NCBI GenBank assembly: GCA_963729715.1
Contig: CAVSPA010000005.1
Span: 288,001 to 352,000 of the forward strand
DNA: 64,000 bases
Direction of reading: 5' to 3'
Origin: an uncultured delta proteobacterium
GTDB taxonomy: Bacteria; Desulfobacterota; Syntrophia; Syntrophales; UBA2185
The stretch's first letter is position 1. The number at the start of each line of letters is the position of its first letter. Both the position numbers and the translations under genes were made by a program. The notes beneath the pieces are model-generated. The model was not told the origin of the DNA and did not search any database. It worked only from the letters and a program-made list of their open reading frames with translations. Below are positions 29,147 to 38,504 of the stretch, one piece after another.

Positions 29147-29168
29147 TGCCTGCCCCCTTGCTTTCCGC

Positions 29169-29363
29169 TTAACGCGTTGCCATTCTCCTCGCTAGACGTT
29201 CTTCAAATCTCTCCCGGCTGTGGAAACTGGTTCGTCCTATCAATTTTCTGGGATTCATCGCCCCGCATGTAGGACAGGTGACGCTTTCCTGATCTTCACT
29301 TACCTTCATGAAGCATTCGAAGATATGCTTGCAAGCGCTGCATTCAAATTCATAGATGGGCAT
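29169..29363 (-). CDS. FmdB-family zinc ribbon protein
   Basis: MPIYEFECSAC...CPTCG. Confidence 0.9.
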   Translation of the reverse strand: MPIYEFECSACKHIFECFMKVSEDQESVTCPTCGAMNPRKLIGRTSFHSRERFEERLARRMATR

Positions 29364-29434
29364 GGGAAATTCCTACTTCTTCATTTTGCAAAAAATTACC
29401 ACACTCACATGATATGGGTCAAGTAATTTTAGGC

Positions 29435-29472
29435 AAAGAAAAAGCCCCGGAAGGGCATCCCTCCGGGGCTTT
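29435..29472 (-). terminator. Intrinsic terminator after the porin gene
   Basis: AAAGCCCCGGA...TCCGGGGCTTT plus T-tract on the minus strand. Confidence 0.85.
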
Positions 29473-29496
29473 AAGATGCAACTGATAACTACCGGA

Positions 29497-30885
29497 TTAG
29501 AAGGAGAGAGTCAGTTTGTGAGTTATAAGGTAGTCGTTATCAATCGTGGCTGCTGCATTGGTGCCCTTCCAGAAGTCGCCTGCCCACAAGTAGCCAAAGC
29601 CGACCATGTAGCTGAGGTTGTCATAGATCTTGTAGGTTGCTGTAACGTCAAGTTCACTACCGTAGTTCTTGGACTGCCAAAGTGCTGCCGCTGCCGGAGT
29701 TGCGCCGACGTTCTGGTCCGCCTGAGCAATGGTATAGCTCGCTTTGATGTCCAGTTTCGGCATAGGCTTCACACCGAGGAAGAACTGCCCCATCATCGCA
29801 TTGGAGATACCTCCCTGCATGGCGGTGAGAGAGCCATTAACTGAACTACCATAACCACCTTCCCACCTGCCAAGGTCATAGTTGAACAGCATCAGACATG
29901 GGTTAAAGTCCGTGCCTCCTCCAGCTCCGGCTTCACTCTTGTCTGTCGAGTTCGGGTCATCGCCCTGCACATAGATAAATGTAAGACCTGCGTACATAGG
30001 CGCGAAATCGTAGGTAGCCGAGACATAGCCTTCCCATCCAGCTCTGTCGATGTCTGGGGCGCCATTTTCGAACGCTTTCGATTTGCCTGTAATGTAAACG
30101 ACCTCACCCTCTAAATAGATAGGACCCATCTGAGCCTTCACGTACGGGTCAAATATCCAATACTGTGACTTGTATCCCGCATCCGCCGAAGAAGGATTCA
30201 CGGACGCACCGGAAGTATTGGTAAGGTTGTAGTAATAGACGAGTAAACCCGTCTCACCCTTGCCCCAGTTGTAAACAAAGGCGCCAACGTACTTATCCGC
30301 CTGTGAATCAACCTGGTAGCTCGCTACATTTACATTGCCTGCGGGACCGGCTGGGCTGTAGTACTCGGACCCTTCTATCTTATCCCAGAGGACTATGAAT
30401 GTCCACGGACCGGTCACGTAATCGTACCTTACCCTGGGGCCATAGTACTGTTCGCCACTGTCAGCGAAGTCGGTGCCAAACTTCGCCTGCGTCTGGTAAC
30501 CAACTCTCAAGAGACCACCGAAGATATTGGCGTTCACATACGCATGCGTGAACTTGATGTTCTCGGATTCGGCATCTACCCCGTTGGTGCCAGTTAACGG
30601 ACCTCCGTTAACGGATGTACTCCGCGTGGCCCCCCACACCTTTTCCAAGATGTCGGCTCTGGTCGTTAACGACAAGCCTTCCTGGACCTTGATGTCCGCC
30701 TGGAGTCTCAGTCTCTGCCAGACATTGGAAACGGATGCGCCACCGTTGGTGACTAAAGTACGGTTGTTGTCATAATATCCCTGAGCGACGTAAGATCCGC
30801 TGAACTTCACATCCGCCGCACATACGGGCATCGCGAAGGCCATGATCAGGGCAACTGATAGTAAAACTATCCAAAGCTTCTTCAT
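29497..30885 (-). CDS. Outer-membrane beta-barrel porin
   Basis: Signal peptide, amphipathic beta strands, GSELDVTATYKIYDNL, C-terminal Phe; strong SD AGGAGG. Confidence 0.85.
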   Translation of the reverse strand: MKKLWIVLLSVALIMAFAMPVCAADVKFSGSYVAQGYYDNNRTLVTNGGASVSNVWQRLRLQADIKVQEGLSLTTRADILEKVWGATRSTSVNGGPLTGTNGVDAESENIKFTHAYVNANIFGGLLRVGYQTQAKFGTDFADSGEQYYGPRVRYDYVTGPWTFIVLWDKIEGSEYYSPAGPAGNVNVASYQVDSQADKYVGAFVYNWGKGETGLLVYYYNLTNTSGASVNPSSADAGYKSQYWIFDPYVKAQMGPIYLEGEVVYITGKSKAFENGAPDIDRAGWEGYVSATYDFAPMYAGLTFIYVQGDDPNSTDKSEAGAGGGTDFNPCLMLFNYDLGRWEGGYGSSVNGSLTAMQGGISNAMMGQFFLGVKPMPKLDIKASYTIAQADQNVGATPAAAALWQSKNYGSELDVTATYKIYDNLSYMVGFGYLWAGDFWKGTNAAATIDNDYLITHKLTLSF

Positions 30886-31078
30886 TGTTTCCTCCTGTTT
30901 AAGTTTTTAAAATTGATCTTTCCGGGCATGTTCCTGAAAGACCATTATTCTTACAAATACCTCAAGCAAATTCGGCCTTCAGAATTTAAAGGCCTTTCGA
31001 ATCTCTCTTTCACCTCCTTTCATCAAGATTTACGGTAAAAATAACTAACACCCTCAATATTCGTTGTCAAGCACTTTC

Positions 31079-31112
31079 GCCGCTTTTTAAAAAGGTCCTC
31101 GTAAAAAGCGGC
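31079..31112. promoter_or_regulatory. Perfect 11-bp inverted repeat upstream of the porin promoter (candidate operator)
   Basis: GCCGCTTTTTA-N12-TAAAAAGCGGC next to a minus-strand TTGACA at 31065..31070. Confidence 0.4.
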
Positions 31113-31488
31113 CCTTCATATGGTTATTCGACCAGCAATAAGCATACCAGCGCAGCGAGCCAAGAATACCAGAGAAGACGTGATAGCGGTAACATATCGT
31201 ATATAAAGGAATAAATGACAAACATTGTTGCCTTTAAAAAAACGTGGAGACACCTGTAAGAGCCCTTGAACACCAACAATTCATTTTCTTGTACTCGATA
31301 ATAGCGCCGAAGTCGCGGGGTAAAGCCCTGGCAGGACACGAAAAATATTTTTATTTATCAATAAGTTGTAGCTTTTATCGCAGAGTTTTCCCTGGGTAAT
31401 ACGAAGGGATCGAAATGTCTGGCAAGCCCTAACCTATAACCGAGATGTGTTGCGAAATAGACACACTTGGTCGAAGTAGCGGGATTTT

Positions 31489-32469
31489 TTACAACAGGGC
31501 TTGATGATCTTTTACCATTTCTATGTCTGTTTTCATGTTGCGTCCCCGGGTTGTCAAATAGTTACCGATCATCAAACCATTTGCACCGGCAAGCATGGCC
31601 CATGATTGATAATCTCTGAGAGTAATTTCTCTCCCGCCGCAGATGAGGATATTCTTGTCGGGATTGACAAATCTGAAAATAGCTATGCACTTCAATGCCT
31701 CGAGAGGCAAGAGCAAGGGTTTATTTTCCATTCTGGTACCGGCAATCGGATTGAGAAAATTTATCGGTATACCGTCGACATCGAGTTCCTTCAGAGTAAC
31801 GGCAAGTTCGACGCGCTGCTCCCACGTTTCTCCAAGTCCTAAGATACCGCCCGAACAAGTTTTCATCCCGGCAGCCTTGGCAACTCTAACTGTAATAATG
31901 TCCTCTTCGTAGTCATGCGTGGTACATACCTTATCGAAGAAACTGCGGGCCGTTTCCAGATTATGATGGTACACGGCAATCCCCCCCTCCTTGAGGCTGC
32001 GCGCCTTGGCCTCAGTAAGCATCCCCAGAGAGGCGCAGACCGTGAGGTCCGTTTCTCGGGAAATGGCAGTGGCGCTACGGCAGATGATGTCCAGTTCCTC
32101 ATCTGTCGGCATATAGCCGCTTGTTACCATGGAATACCTTGTGGCCCCTCCCCTGTTTGATTCCATTGCGCTTTTCACAATCTCTTCTTCATCCAATAAA
32201 GGATATGTCTTGATCTCAGTTCTGTGATGGGACGATTGGGCGCAGAAGGCGCAGTCCTCGGTACAAGAACCAGATTTGGCATTGATGATGGAGCACAGAA
32301 TAGTTTCTTTTGCCTGTCGCATCTTCTTGATCTTGTGGGCGCAGAATAATAAGTCCATGGTATCCTTTTCTGGAAGACGGGCAAGTTCACATGCATCTTC
32401 ATAGGAAAGAGCATCACCGCCAGCGTCAATAATCTTCTCAGTGAACTCGACGATTTTCTTATTGAACAT
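31489..32469 (-). CDS. bioB: Biotin synthase
   Basis: NAKSGSCTEDCAFCAQS radical SAM motif, HHNLET, CSGGILGLGE, GNYLTT. Confidence 0.98.
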   Translation of the reverse strand: MFNKKIVEFTEKIIDAGGDALSYEDACELARLPEKDTMDLLFCAHKIKKMRQAKETILCSIINAKSGSCTEDCAFCAQSSHHRTEIKTYPLLDEEEIVKSAMESNRGGATRYSMVTSGYMPTDEELDIICRSATAISRETDLTVCASLGMLTEAKARSLKEGGIAVYHHNLETARSFFDKVCTTHDYEEDIITVRVAKAAGMKTCSGGILGLGETWEQRVELAVTLKELDVDGIPINFLNPIAGTRMENKPLLLPLEALKCIAIFRFVNPDKNILICGGREITLRDYQSWAMLAGANGLMIGNYLTTRGRNMKTDIEMVKDHQALL

Positions 32470-32566
32470 ATCTTTCTCCTTATTTTAATAGGATGTTCAT
32501 CTCGCGAAATAGTCCGCCGCTTGTCTGTCCGAAATGGTATTTGCCCATATCAGAGAGCGGAACGTA

Positions 32567-32596
32567 AGTCAACCGTATTTATATTTTGGGTTGACA
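32567..32596. promoter_or_regulatory. BirA operator between divergent bioB and birA
   Basis: GTCAACC-N14-GGTTGAC palindrome; the right arm contains a TTGACA -35 box. Confidence 0.85.
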
Positions 32597-32625
32597 ATTA
32601 GACATGGCGATGTTATGAGCCGCGG

Positions 32626-33612
32626 ATGTCTACTAGACAGCAATTACTCATCTATCTGAAAGAAGGCAAAGGAACCTGGGTCTCTGGCGAATTCCTCGCC
32701 CATAAAATGGCGGTTTCCCGGTCGGCTGTATGGAAGCATATTGGCAGTCTAAAAAACGATGGCTACGTTATCGAATCGTCACGAAAGAAAGGATACCTCC
32801 TCCGCCAGACATCCGATTTGCTTCTCGCTAATGAGATCCGGGAAGGGCTGAACACAAATGTCTTCGGCAAAGGAGAAATTATTTATTTCAGGGAAACAGA
32901 CTCAACCAATGCAAGGGCTAAGTATCTGGCAGGCGATGGTACTCCTGAGGGAACGGTGATTGTCGCGGAAAAGCAAACAGAGGGAAGAGGGAGAAGGGGA
33001 AGAAGTTGGTTTTCACCTCCCGGTGAAGGAATCTACACATCTGTCATCCTGAGGCCGCCCATTCCTCCAAATGAAGCGCCTAAGCTGACTTTGCTCGCAT
33101 CGGTGGCGTTAGCTGAGGCGTTGCTTTCTCTTACATCACTAGAGGTCAGTATTAAATGGCCCAACGACATCCTGATCAGGGGCAGGAAGGTTGCGGGCAT
33201 ACTGACGGAGATCAGCACGGAAATGGACAGAATCGATTATGTGGTCATCGGTGTTGGTGTAAATGTGAATACGCCTAGCAAAGGCCTTCCCCCTGATATC
33301 GCACACACGGCCACATCGGTTTTTATGGAGACGGGCAAAGAGTTCCCCAGGATAGTTCTTCTCCGTGCTTTTCTGGAGTGGCTCGAAATATATTACGAAA
33401 CATTTAAGACCAAGGGCTTTGATCCCATATTGAATCGATGGAAGCACCTTGCTGACATCATCGGGCACCGGATCAGTGTTGACCTCATGGACAGTACACG
33501 CGTCGGAAAGGTCCTAGACGTAGACAAAGACGGTTTTCTCATTCTTCAGGATCGCAAGGGAACGATTGAGAGGATAATTTCCGGCGATGTAGCCCTGTTG
33601 AGCAAGGTGTAG
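32626..33612 (+). CDS. birA: Bifunctional biotin repressor / biotin-protein ligase
   Basis: N-terminal HTH (SGE.LA...VSRSAVWKHI), DSTN, GRGRRGRSW, KWPND, KVAGIL. Confidence 0.97.
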   Translation: MSTRQQLLIYLKEGKGTWVSGEFLAHKMAVSRSAVWKHIGSLKNDGYVIESSRKKGYLLRQTSDLLLANEIREGLNTNVFGKGEIIYFRETDSTNARAKYLAGDGTPEGTVIVAEKQTEGRGRRGRSWFSPPGEGIYTSVILRPPIPPNEAPKLTLLASVALAEALLSLTSLEVSIKWPNDILIRGRKVAGILTEISTEMDRIDYVVIGVGVNVNTPSKGLPPDIAHTATSVFMETGKEFPRIVLLRAFLEWLEIYYETFKTKGFDPILNRWKHLADIIGHRISVDLMDSTRVGKVLDVDKDGFLILQDRKGTIERIISGDVALLSKV

Positions 33613-33728
33613 AGCGCAGGACGTTCTAAAGGTTTGATGTGACTTCAAGACGAAATGTCATTTCGCCTGGAGAACTGTGAAACGAGTGGCGTGATGCGAC
33701 TGAGTTAAACTAGCGAGGCTTAGGTGTC

Positions 33729-35090
33729 ATGACTTACGAAGACAGTAAAGAATTGGAGATCGACGACAAGAAGTATGTTTGGCATCCCTTTACCCAGATG
33801 CGGGGTTATGAAAAGGAAACGCCACTCATCATTGAGGATGGCAACGGATGTCTCTTAAGAGATACGGCAGGCAATAGCTATATTGATGGTGTTTCTTCGC
33901 TCTGGACGAATGTTCATGGCCATAGGAAAAAGAGACTTGACGACGCATTGAAGAAGCAGCTTGGCAAGATTGCCCACTCAACCCTGTTGGGACTTTCCAA
34001 CATACCCGCAATCAGACTGGCAAAGAAATTAATTGCAATTGCCCCTGCGGGATTGACAAAAGTATTTTATTCCGACAATGGCTCCACGGCCAATGAAATA
34101 GCCCTTAAGATGGCCTTCCAGTACCATCAGCAATGCCCTTCGGGAAAGCGCAGCAAGAAGAAATTCATTCGCCTGTCCAATGCCTATCATGGGGACACCA
34201 TAGGCTCAGTGAGCGTGGGAGGGATTGATCTCTTCCATTCCATGTATAGGGACTTGCTTTTCCCGTCTTTCAAGGCGGAAGCGCCGTACTGCTACCGCTG
34301 CGCCTTGGGAAAGTCCCATCCCACTTGCGGGCTCGAATGTCTTACGCACGTGGAGGACATAATGAATGCTCATAACCATGAGATTGCCGCTCTCATGATA
34401 GAGCCCTTGGTCCAGGGAGCCGGTGGCATATTGGTGCAGCCACCGGGATACCTGAAAGGGGTAAGAGAGTTGTGCACCCGTTACAATATCTTTATGATCG
34501 CTGACGAAGTGGCGGTCGGCTTCGGCAAGACGGGAAAGATGTTTGCCTGTGAACATGAAGGCGTGACGCCGGACATCATGACCCTGGCAAAGGGAATAAC
34601 AGGAGGGTATCTCCCGCTTGCGGCAACCCTCGTGACGGAGGAAATCTATGAAGGATTCCTCGGGGAGTTCGAGGAGTTCAAGACATTCTTTCACGGACAC
34701 ACATTTACGGGAAACCCTCTGGCATGCGCAGTTGCAAGTGCCAGCCTTGAGGTCTTCGAAGAGGAGCGCACCCTTGACAAACTCCAGACAAAAATTGCGC
34801 ACCTCGCAAAGAGGCTAGAACCATTTGCTTCTCTCAGTCACGTCGGAGAGGTGCGCCAGTGCGGCATCATGGGAGGTATAGAACTTGTTTACAATCGGGA
34901 GACGAGGCAGCTTTTCCCTCCGGAGAAGAGAATCGGCCATAGGGTCATCATGGAGGCTAGAAAGAAGGGCGTGATTATCCGCCCTTTAGGGGACGTAATT
35001 GTCCTGATGCCGCCCTTGTCAATTTCTAAAAAGGAAATGGATCTGCTCTGTCAATCTGTATACGATGCGATTCGGATTGTGACAGAATAG
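33729..35090 (+). CDS. bioA: DAPA (7,8-diaminopelargonate) aminotransferase
   Basis: WHPFTQM, DGVSSLW, YHGDT, ADEV..GFG, AKGITGGYLP, RPLGD. Confidence 0.97.
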   Translation: MTYEDSKELEIDDKKYVWHPFTQMRGYEKETPLIIEDGNGCLLRDTAGNSYIDGVSSLWTNVHGHRKKRLDDALKKQLGKIAHSTLLGLSNIPAIRLAKKLIAIAPAGLTKVFYSDNGSTANEIALKMAFQYHQQCPSGKRSKKKFIRLSNAYHGDTIGSVSVGGIDLFHSMYRDLLFPSFKAEAPYCYRCALGKSHPTCGLECLTHVEDIMNAHNHEIAALMIEPLVQGAGGILVQPPGYLKGVRELCTRYNIFMIADEVAVGFGKTGKMFACEHEGVTPDIMTLAKGITGGYLPLAATLVTEEIYEGFLGEFEEFKTFFHGHTFTGNPLACAVASASLEVFEEERTLDKLQTKIAHLAKRLEPFASLSHVGEVRQCGIMGGIELVYNRETRQLFPPEKRIGHRVIMEARKKGVIIRPLGDVIVLMPPLSISKKEMDLLCQSVYDAIRIVTE

Positions 35091-35105
35091 ACGTGGGACC
35101 TCGAA

Positions 35106-35432
35106 ATGGCAGGTTATAAGAAAGCATCAGAGAGAAGCCCCGAGGATGGCTCCTGGGAGGGCGTCTTCTATTTTCATCCGGATGACGGCATCTACCAGGA
35201 TCATTTCCCCGGTTACCCGGTTGTCCCCGGGAGCTTGATAGTGTATGCATTTTTGGAAGCGGCCGCAGAAGCTTGCTTCTTACCGAATTATGTTACAATA
35301 GAAAACTTCAGGTTCAGAGAGTTTCTCTCACCTGGCCATCACGCATTTCGTATCGAACTGGAGGATGACCGGCTGATATGCCAGATTTATCGGGGAGAGA
35401 AGATACTCGTTACGGGAGTCTTAAAGAAATGA
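35106..35432 (+). CDS. FabZ-like hotdog dehydratase subunit carrying the catalytic His motif
   Basis: DHFPGYPVVPG; the usual Glu position holds Tyr. Confidence 0.75.
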   Translation: MAGYKKASERSPEDGSWEGVFYFHPDDGIYQDHFPGYPVVPGSLIVYAFLEAAAEACFLPNYVTIENFRFREFLSPGHHAFRIELEDDRLICQIYRGEKILVTGVLKK

Positions 35433-36172
35433 GCCTCCATTTTTCGGGAAATCGCGCCCTTATTCTGGGAGGCACCTGCGAGCTTGCTCTGGCTTTGGCT
35501 CAATCCATGATAGAGTCTAAACTTTTTCCCATTCTTACTTACAGAGATGATAAGGGTCTAAATGCAATCGGAGAGTCTCTGAGGCCCTTTCATGGGAGAT
35601 ACGAGACTTGCTATCTGAATTTCGGTCATCATGATTTGCTGGAATCAGCCTTTGCCCAAATCGGTGATGATCTCAATTTCCTGGTAGATTTTGCCCAGGG
35701 AAATTATGAAAGCCTTATCGCTGCAGCAGACGAGGACAGCGTTAACAGTTATTTCACGGAGAATATCTCCTTTCGCGCTGAGATTCTGAAAAGGGCGGGA
35801 AGGGCGATGCTGAAGAGAAGAAAGGGGCGGCTCGTCTATATTTCTTCTGCAGCAGCGTTAAGACCCAATCCCGGCCAGGGATTTTATGCGGCGTCAAAGC
35901 TCGCTTCAGAGGCCCTCTATCGCAATATGGGACTGGAACTGGGGGAACGAGGTGTGACCACGGTGATCCTTCGTCCCGGTTATATTGATGCCGGGCGGGG
36001 CAGAATTTATCTGCAAAAGCAGGATCGAAAAATTCTTGAGATGACACCGATAAAGAGGACTATAACAGTCGAAGAAATTGCCGAGACGATTCTCTTCCTT
36101 CTTTCCGACAGCGCCGTCGGCATCAACGCAACAGCGATTTCCATGGACGGCGGTCTCACATCCGTAAAATAA
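35429..36172 (+). CDS. fabG: FabG-like 3-oxoacyl-ACP reductase (SDR)
   Basis: ISS, GQGFYAASK (YxxxK), PGYID, DGG; ATGA-coupled start at 35429. Confidence 0.85.
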   Translation: MSLHFSGNRALILGGTCELALALAQSMIESKLFPILTYRDDKGLNAIGESLRPFHGRYETCYLNFGHHDLLESAFAQIGDDLNFLVDFAQGNYESLIAAADEDSVNSYFTENISFRAEILKRAGRAMLKRRKGRLVYISSAAALRPNPGQGFYAASKLASEALYRNMGLELGERGVTTVILRPGYIDAGRGRIYLQKQDRKILEMTPIKRTITVEEIAETILFLLSDSAVGINATAISMDGGLTSVK

Positions 36173-36241
36173 AAAGCTGCTGAAGCTCTCCATCGGAAGG
36201 GAAGAGAGGGCTTGAGCGGCACATCTGAAAGTTGAGGACAC

Positions 36242-36613
36242 ATGGACATTTTTACTGAATTAAAAAAAATGCTGGAGGAACTGCTTGACATCGAAGACAG
36301 GGAAATTACGCCTGAGACTCTTCTCATCCAGGATTTGGGCGCTGAGTCCATTGACCTCCTGGAGCTCGCCGTAACTATAAACAGCCGGTTTAAAATCGCC
36401 GTGAAGGATGATGAGGTATTCCTGACACGATTCAGACTCTATTCTACGGAAGCGAAGCAACAGGGCAAGGACACCATCCATTATGTTGCCGGAAAATATC
36501 CTTTTCTCGGCGAAGACCGGATAGCGGAGATAATTGCGCATATTAAAGAAGGTCCTCAGTTGAAGATAAAGGACCTCATCAGTTACGTAGAATACCGGTC
36601 ACAGAGGGTTTAA
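36242..36613 (+). CDS. Acyl carrier protein with a large internal insertion
   Basis: DLGAESIDLLEL phosphopantetheine site; 123 aa long. Confidence 0.88.
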   Translation: MDIFTELKKMLEELLDIEDREITPETLLIQDLGAESIDLLELAVTINSRFKIAVKDDEVFLTRFRLYSTEAKQQGKDTIHYVAGKYPFLGEDRIAEIIAHIKEGPQLKIKDLISYVEYRSQRV

Positions 36614-36617
36614 CGCC

Positions 36618-37256
36618 TTGGATATGACGCCTCTCGATAAACTGATCAATCAGCGGAGAAGCATCAGGAAGTACAAACCCGAATGCCCGCCCGAAGAATG
36701 GTTAAAAAAGATGATCCTGGCGGCAATGAGGGCGCCTTCTCCTTCCAACAGCCAGCCCGTACGGTTCATCCGCATACTTTCGCCCGAGTTGAAGGATTGT
36801 CTCCTTCGGGCCATGCGCGCAGGTGAGGAGCGTTTGATGGATGCCGTTGGGAATTCGAGCAATCCAAAAAGATTGAGAAACTGGATCAACGCCTACCGAC
36901 GGTTCTCAGAGTTCATGTTCGATGCCCCGGTACTCTTTGCCGTCGGCACCACCATGACATTTCTCAATCTTGCAGTAAGGCTAGCCCGCGCAGGTGCGAT
37001 GGAACAGGGGCATAAGAGACACCGGGACATTGACATTGCCGTGGGTCTGGCTCTTCACGGATATCTGCTTAAGGGGGAGGAACTTGGCCTGGGTTCTTGT
37101 ATTCTCACAGCTCCCCTGCTCTTTATCCAGGAACCAGAGGGAATCCTCGGATTGAAGGGGATGGAGATCGAATGCTTTGTTACAACGGGGTATCCCGATG
37201 AAGAACCACTTTATATCAAGCGAAAAGATATCACCGAAATCTACAGGGAAGTATAA
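36618..37256 (+). CDS. Nitroreductase-family FMN oxidoreductase
   Basis: RRSIRKY, APSPSNSQP, GLGSC, GYP. Confidence 0.9.
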   Translation: MDMTPLDKLINQRRSIRKYKPECPPEEWLKKMILAAMRAPSPSNSQPVRFIRILSPELKDCLLRAMRAGEERLMDAVGNSSNPKRLRNWINAYRRFSEFMFDAPVLFAVGTTMTFLNLAVRLARAGAMEQGHKRHRDIDIAVGLALHGYLLKGEELGLGSCILTAPLLFIQEPEGILGLKGMEIECFVTTGYPDEEPLYIKRKDITEIYREV

Positions 37257-38471
37257 ATGACAAGAAGGGTCGTTATTACCTCAATGGGAATTCTCTCATC
37301 TCTCGGCTCTGACCGCGAAGAGATTATAAGGAGCTTCAGAGAGGGAAAAGTAAATTTCGAAAGACCCGCCTTTGACGACGAAGTCGTTACCTCCCCCGTC
37401 AGGGGCTTCAACGTGCGGGCATATACAGGCCCGTTTAAGGATGGCCGGTATCTAAACCGCTGCTCTCAGTTTGCTGTTGCCTCAGCCATCTCAGCGATAA
37501 AGAATTCGGGCTGCAAAAACGACTATCTGGAAGGAGCAGGACTCTTTGTCGGCGCCGGACCGAACCTCGATATCGGGGGCGAGTTCCCCGAGATCAGGAG
37601 AGGGGAAATTGACCGTGAGAACCTTCAGGCCTTATGGATCCTGAGATTTCTGCCCAACACCGCTGCATCTGTTATCGCAAAGCTTACAGGTGTCCACGGA
37701 GAGAACCTCACGGTATGTACTGCCTGTTCGGCTTCCCTACAGGCAATTGGAGAGGCGTTTCGAAAGATAAAGAACGGCTATCTCGATTGCGCCCTTGCCG
37801 GAGGCGGTGATTCCCGCCTGAGTCAGGGCGGAATACTGGCATACAAAAAGGCAAGCGCCCTCTATAAAGGTGACGGCGAACCTGATAAGGCAAGTAGGCC
37901 CTTCGATTGCAGCCGGAGCGGCTTTGTCCCCGGGGAAGGAGCGGCCTTTTTTCTTCTCGAGGAATTGGAAAAAGCGAAAGCGCGGGGGGCACAGATATAT
38001 GGCGAGATTTGTGGTTACGGAAGTTCCATGGACGCTGGCGGCATGATTGCCCCGGAAGGTACTGGAAAATGGGGAAGAATAGCCGTGCTTTCCGCTTTAC
38101 AGGAGGCGGAAACGTCTCCCTCTCAGATTGATGTGATTTCCACACACGGAACGGGAACCCTCCTCAATGATGAAGGAGAGGCCAACCTCATAGACGACAT
38201 CTACATGGGCTGCAGCCCCCGGGTAATGGCACTGAAATCCTGGATAGGACACACGGCTTCAGCCTGCGGAGCTATGGAGCTTGCTCTCTTACTAATCTGT
38301 CTCCAGGAGAATTATATCCCCGAGATCAGAAACCTGAGAGATCCCTGCTCAGAGAAAATCGATTTTGTTCGGAGCGGAGGAACTTTTACATTTGGTACGT
38401 GCGTCATTGAAAATTTCGGGTTTGGAGGACAGAATAGCGCTCTCATAGTGAAACGGCAGGAAGAGGTTTAA
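37257..38471 (+). CDS. fabF: FabF-like 3-oxoacyl-ACP synthase
   Basis: Cys-His-His triad TACSAS / HGTGT / KSWIGHT; SRPFD, GEGA, NFGFGG. Confidence 0.93.
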   Translation: MTRRVVITSMGILSSLGSDREEIIRSFREGKVNFERPAFDDEVVTSPVRGFNVRAYTGPFKDGRYLNRCSQFAVASAISAIKNSGCKNDYLEGAGLFVGAGPNLDIGGEFPEIRRGEIDRENLQALWILRFLPNTAASVIAKLTGVHGENLTVCTACSASLQAIGEAFRKIKNGYLDCALAGGGDSRLSQGGILAYKKASALYKGDGEPDKASRPFDCSRSGFVPGEGAAFFLLEELEKAKARGAQIYGEICGYGSSMDAGGMIAPEGTGKWGRIAVLSALQEAETSPSQIDVISTHGTGTLLNDEGEANLIDDIYMGCSPRVMALKSWIGHTASACGAMELALLLICLQENYIPEIRNLRDPCSEKIDFVRSGGTFTFGTCVIENFGFGGQNSALIVKRQEEV

Positions 38472-38504
38472 GAATCGTGTACGTGCCATGGCAGGAAGTA
38501 TCGT

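Noticed and set aside
31124..31339. 71-aa ORF in the porin-bioB intergenic region
   Set aside because: No SD, no motif and AT-rich; likely spurious.
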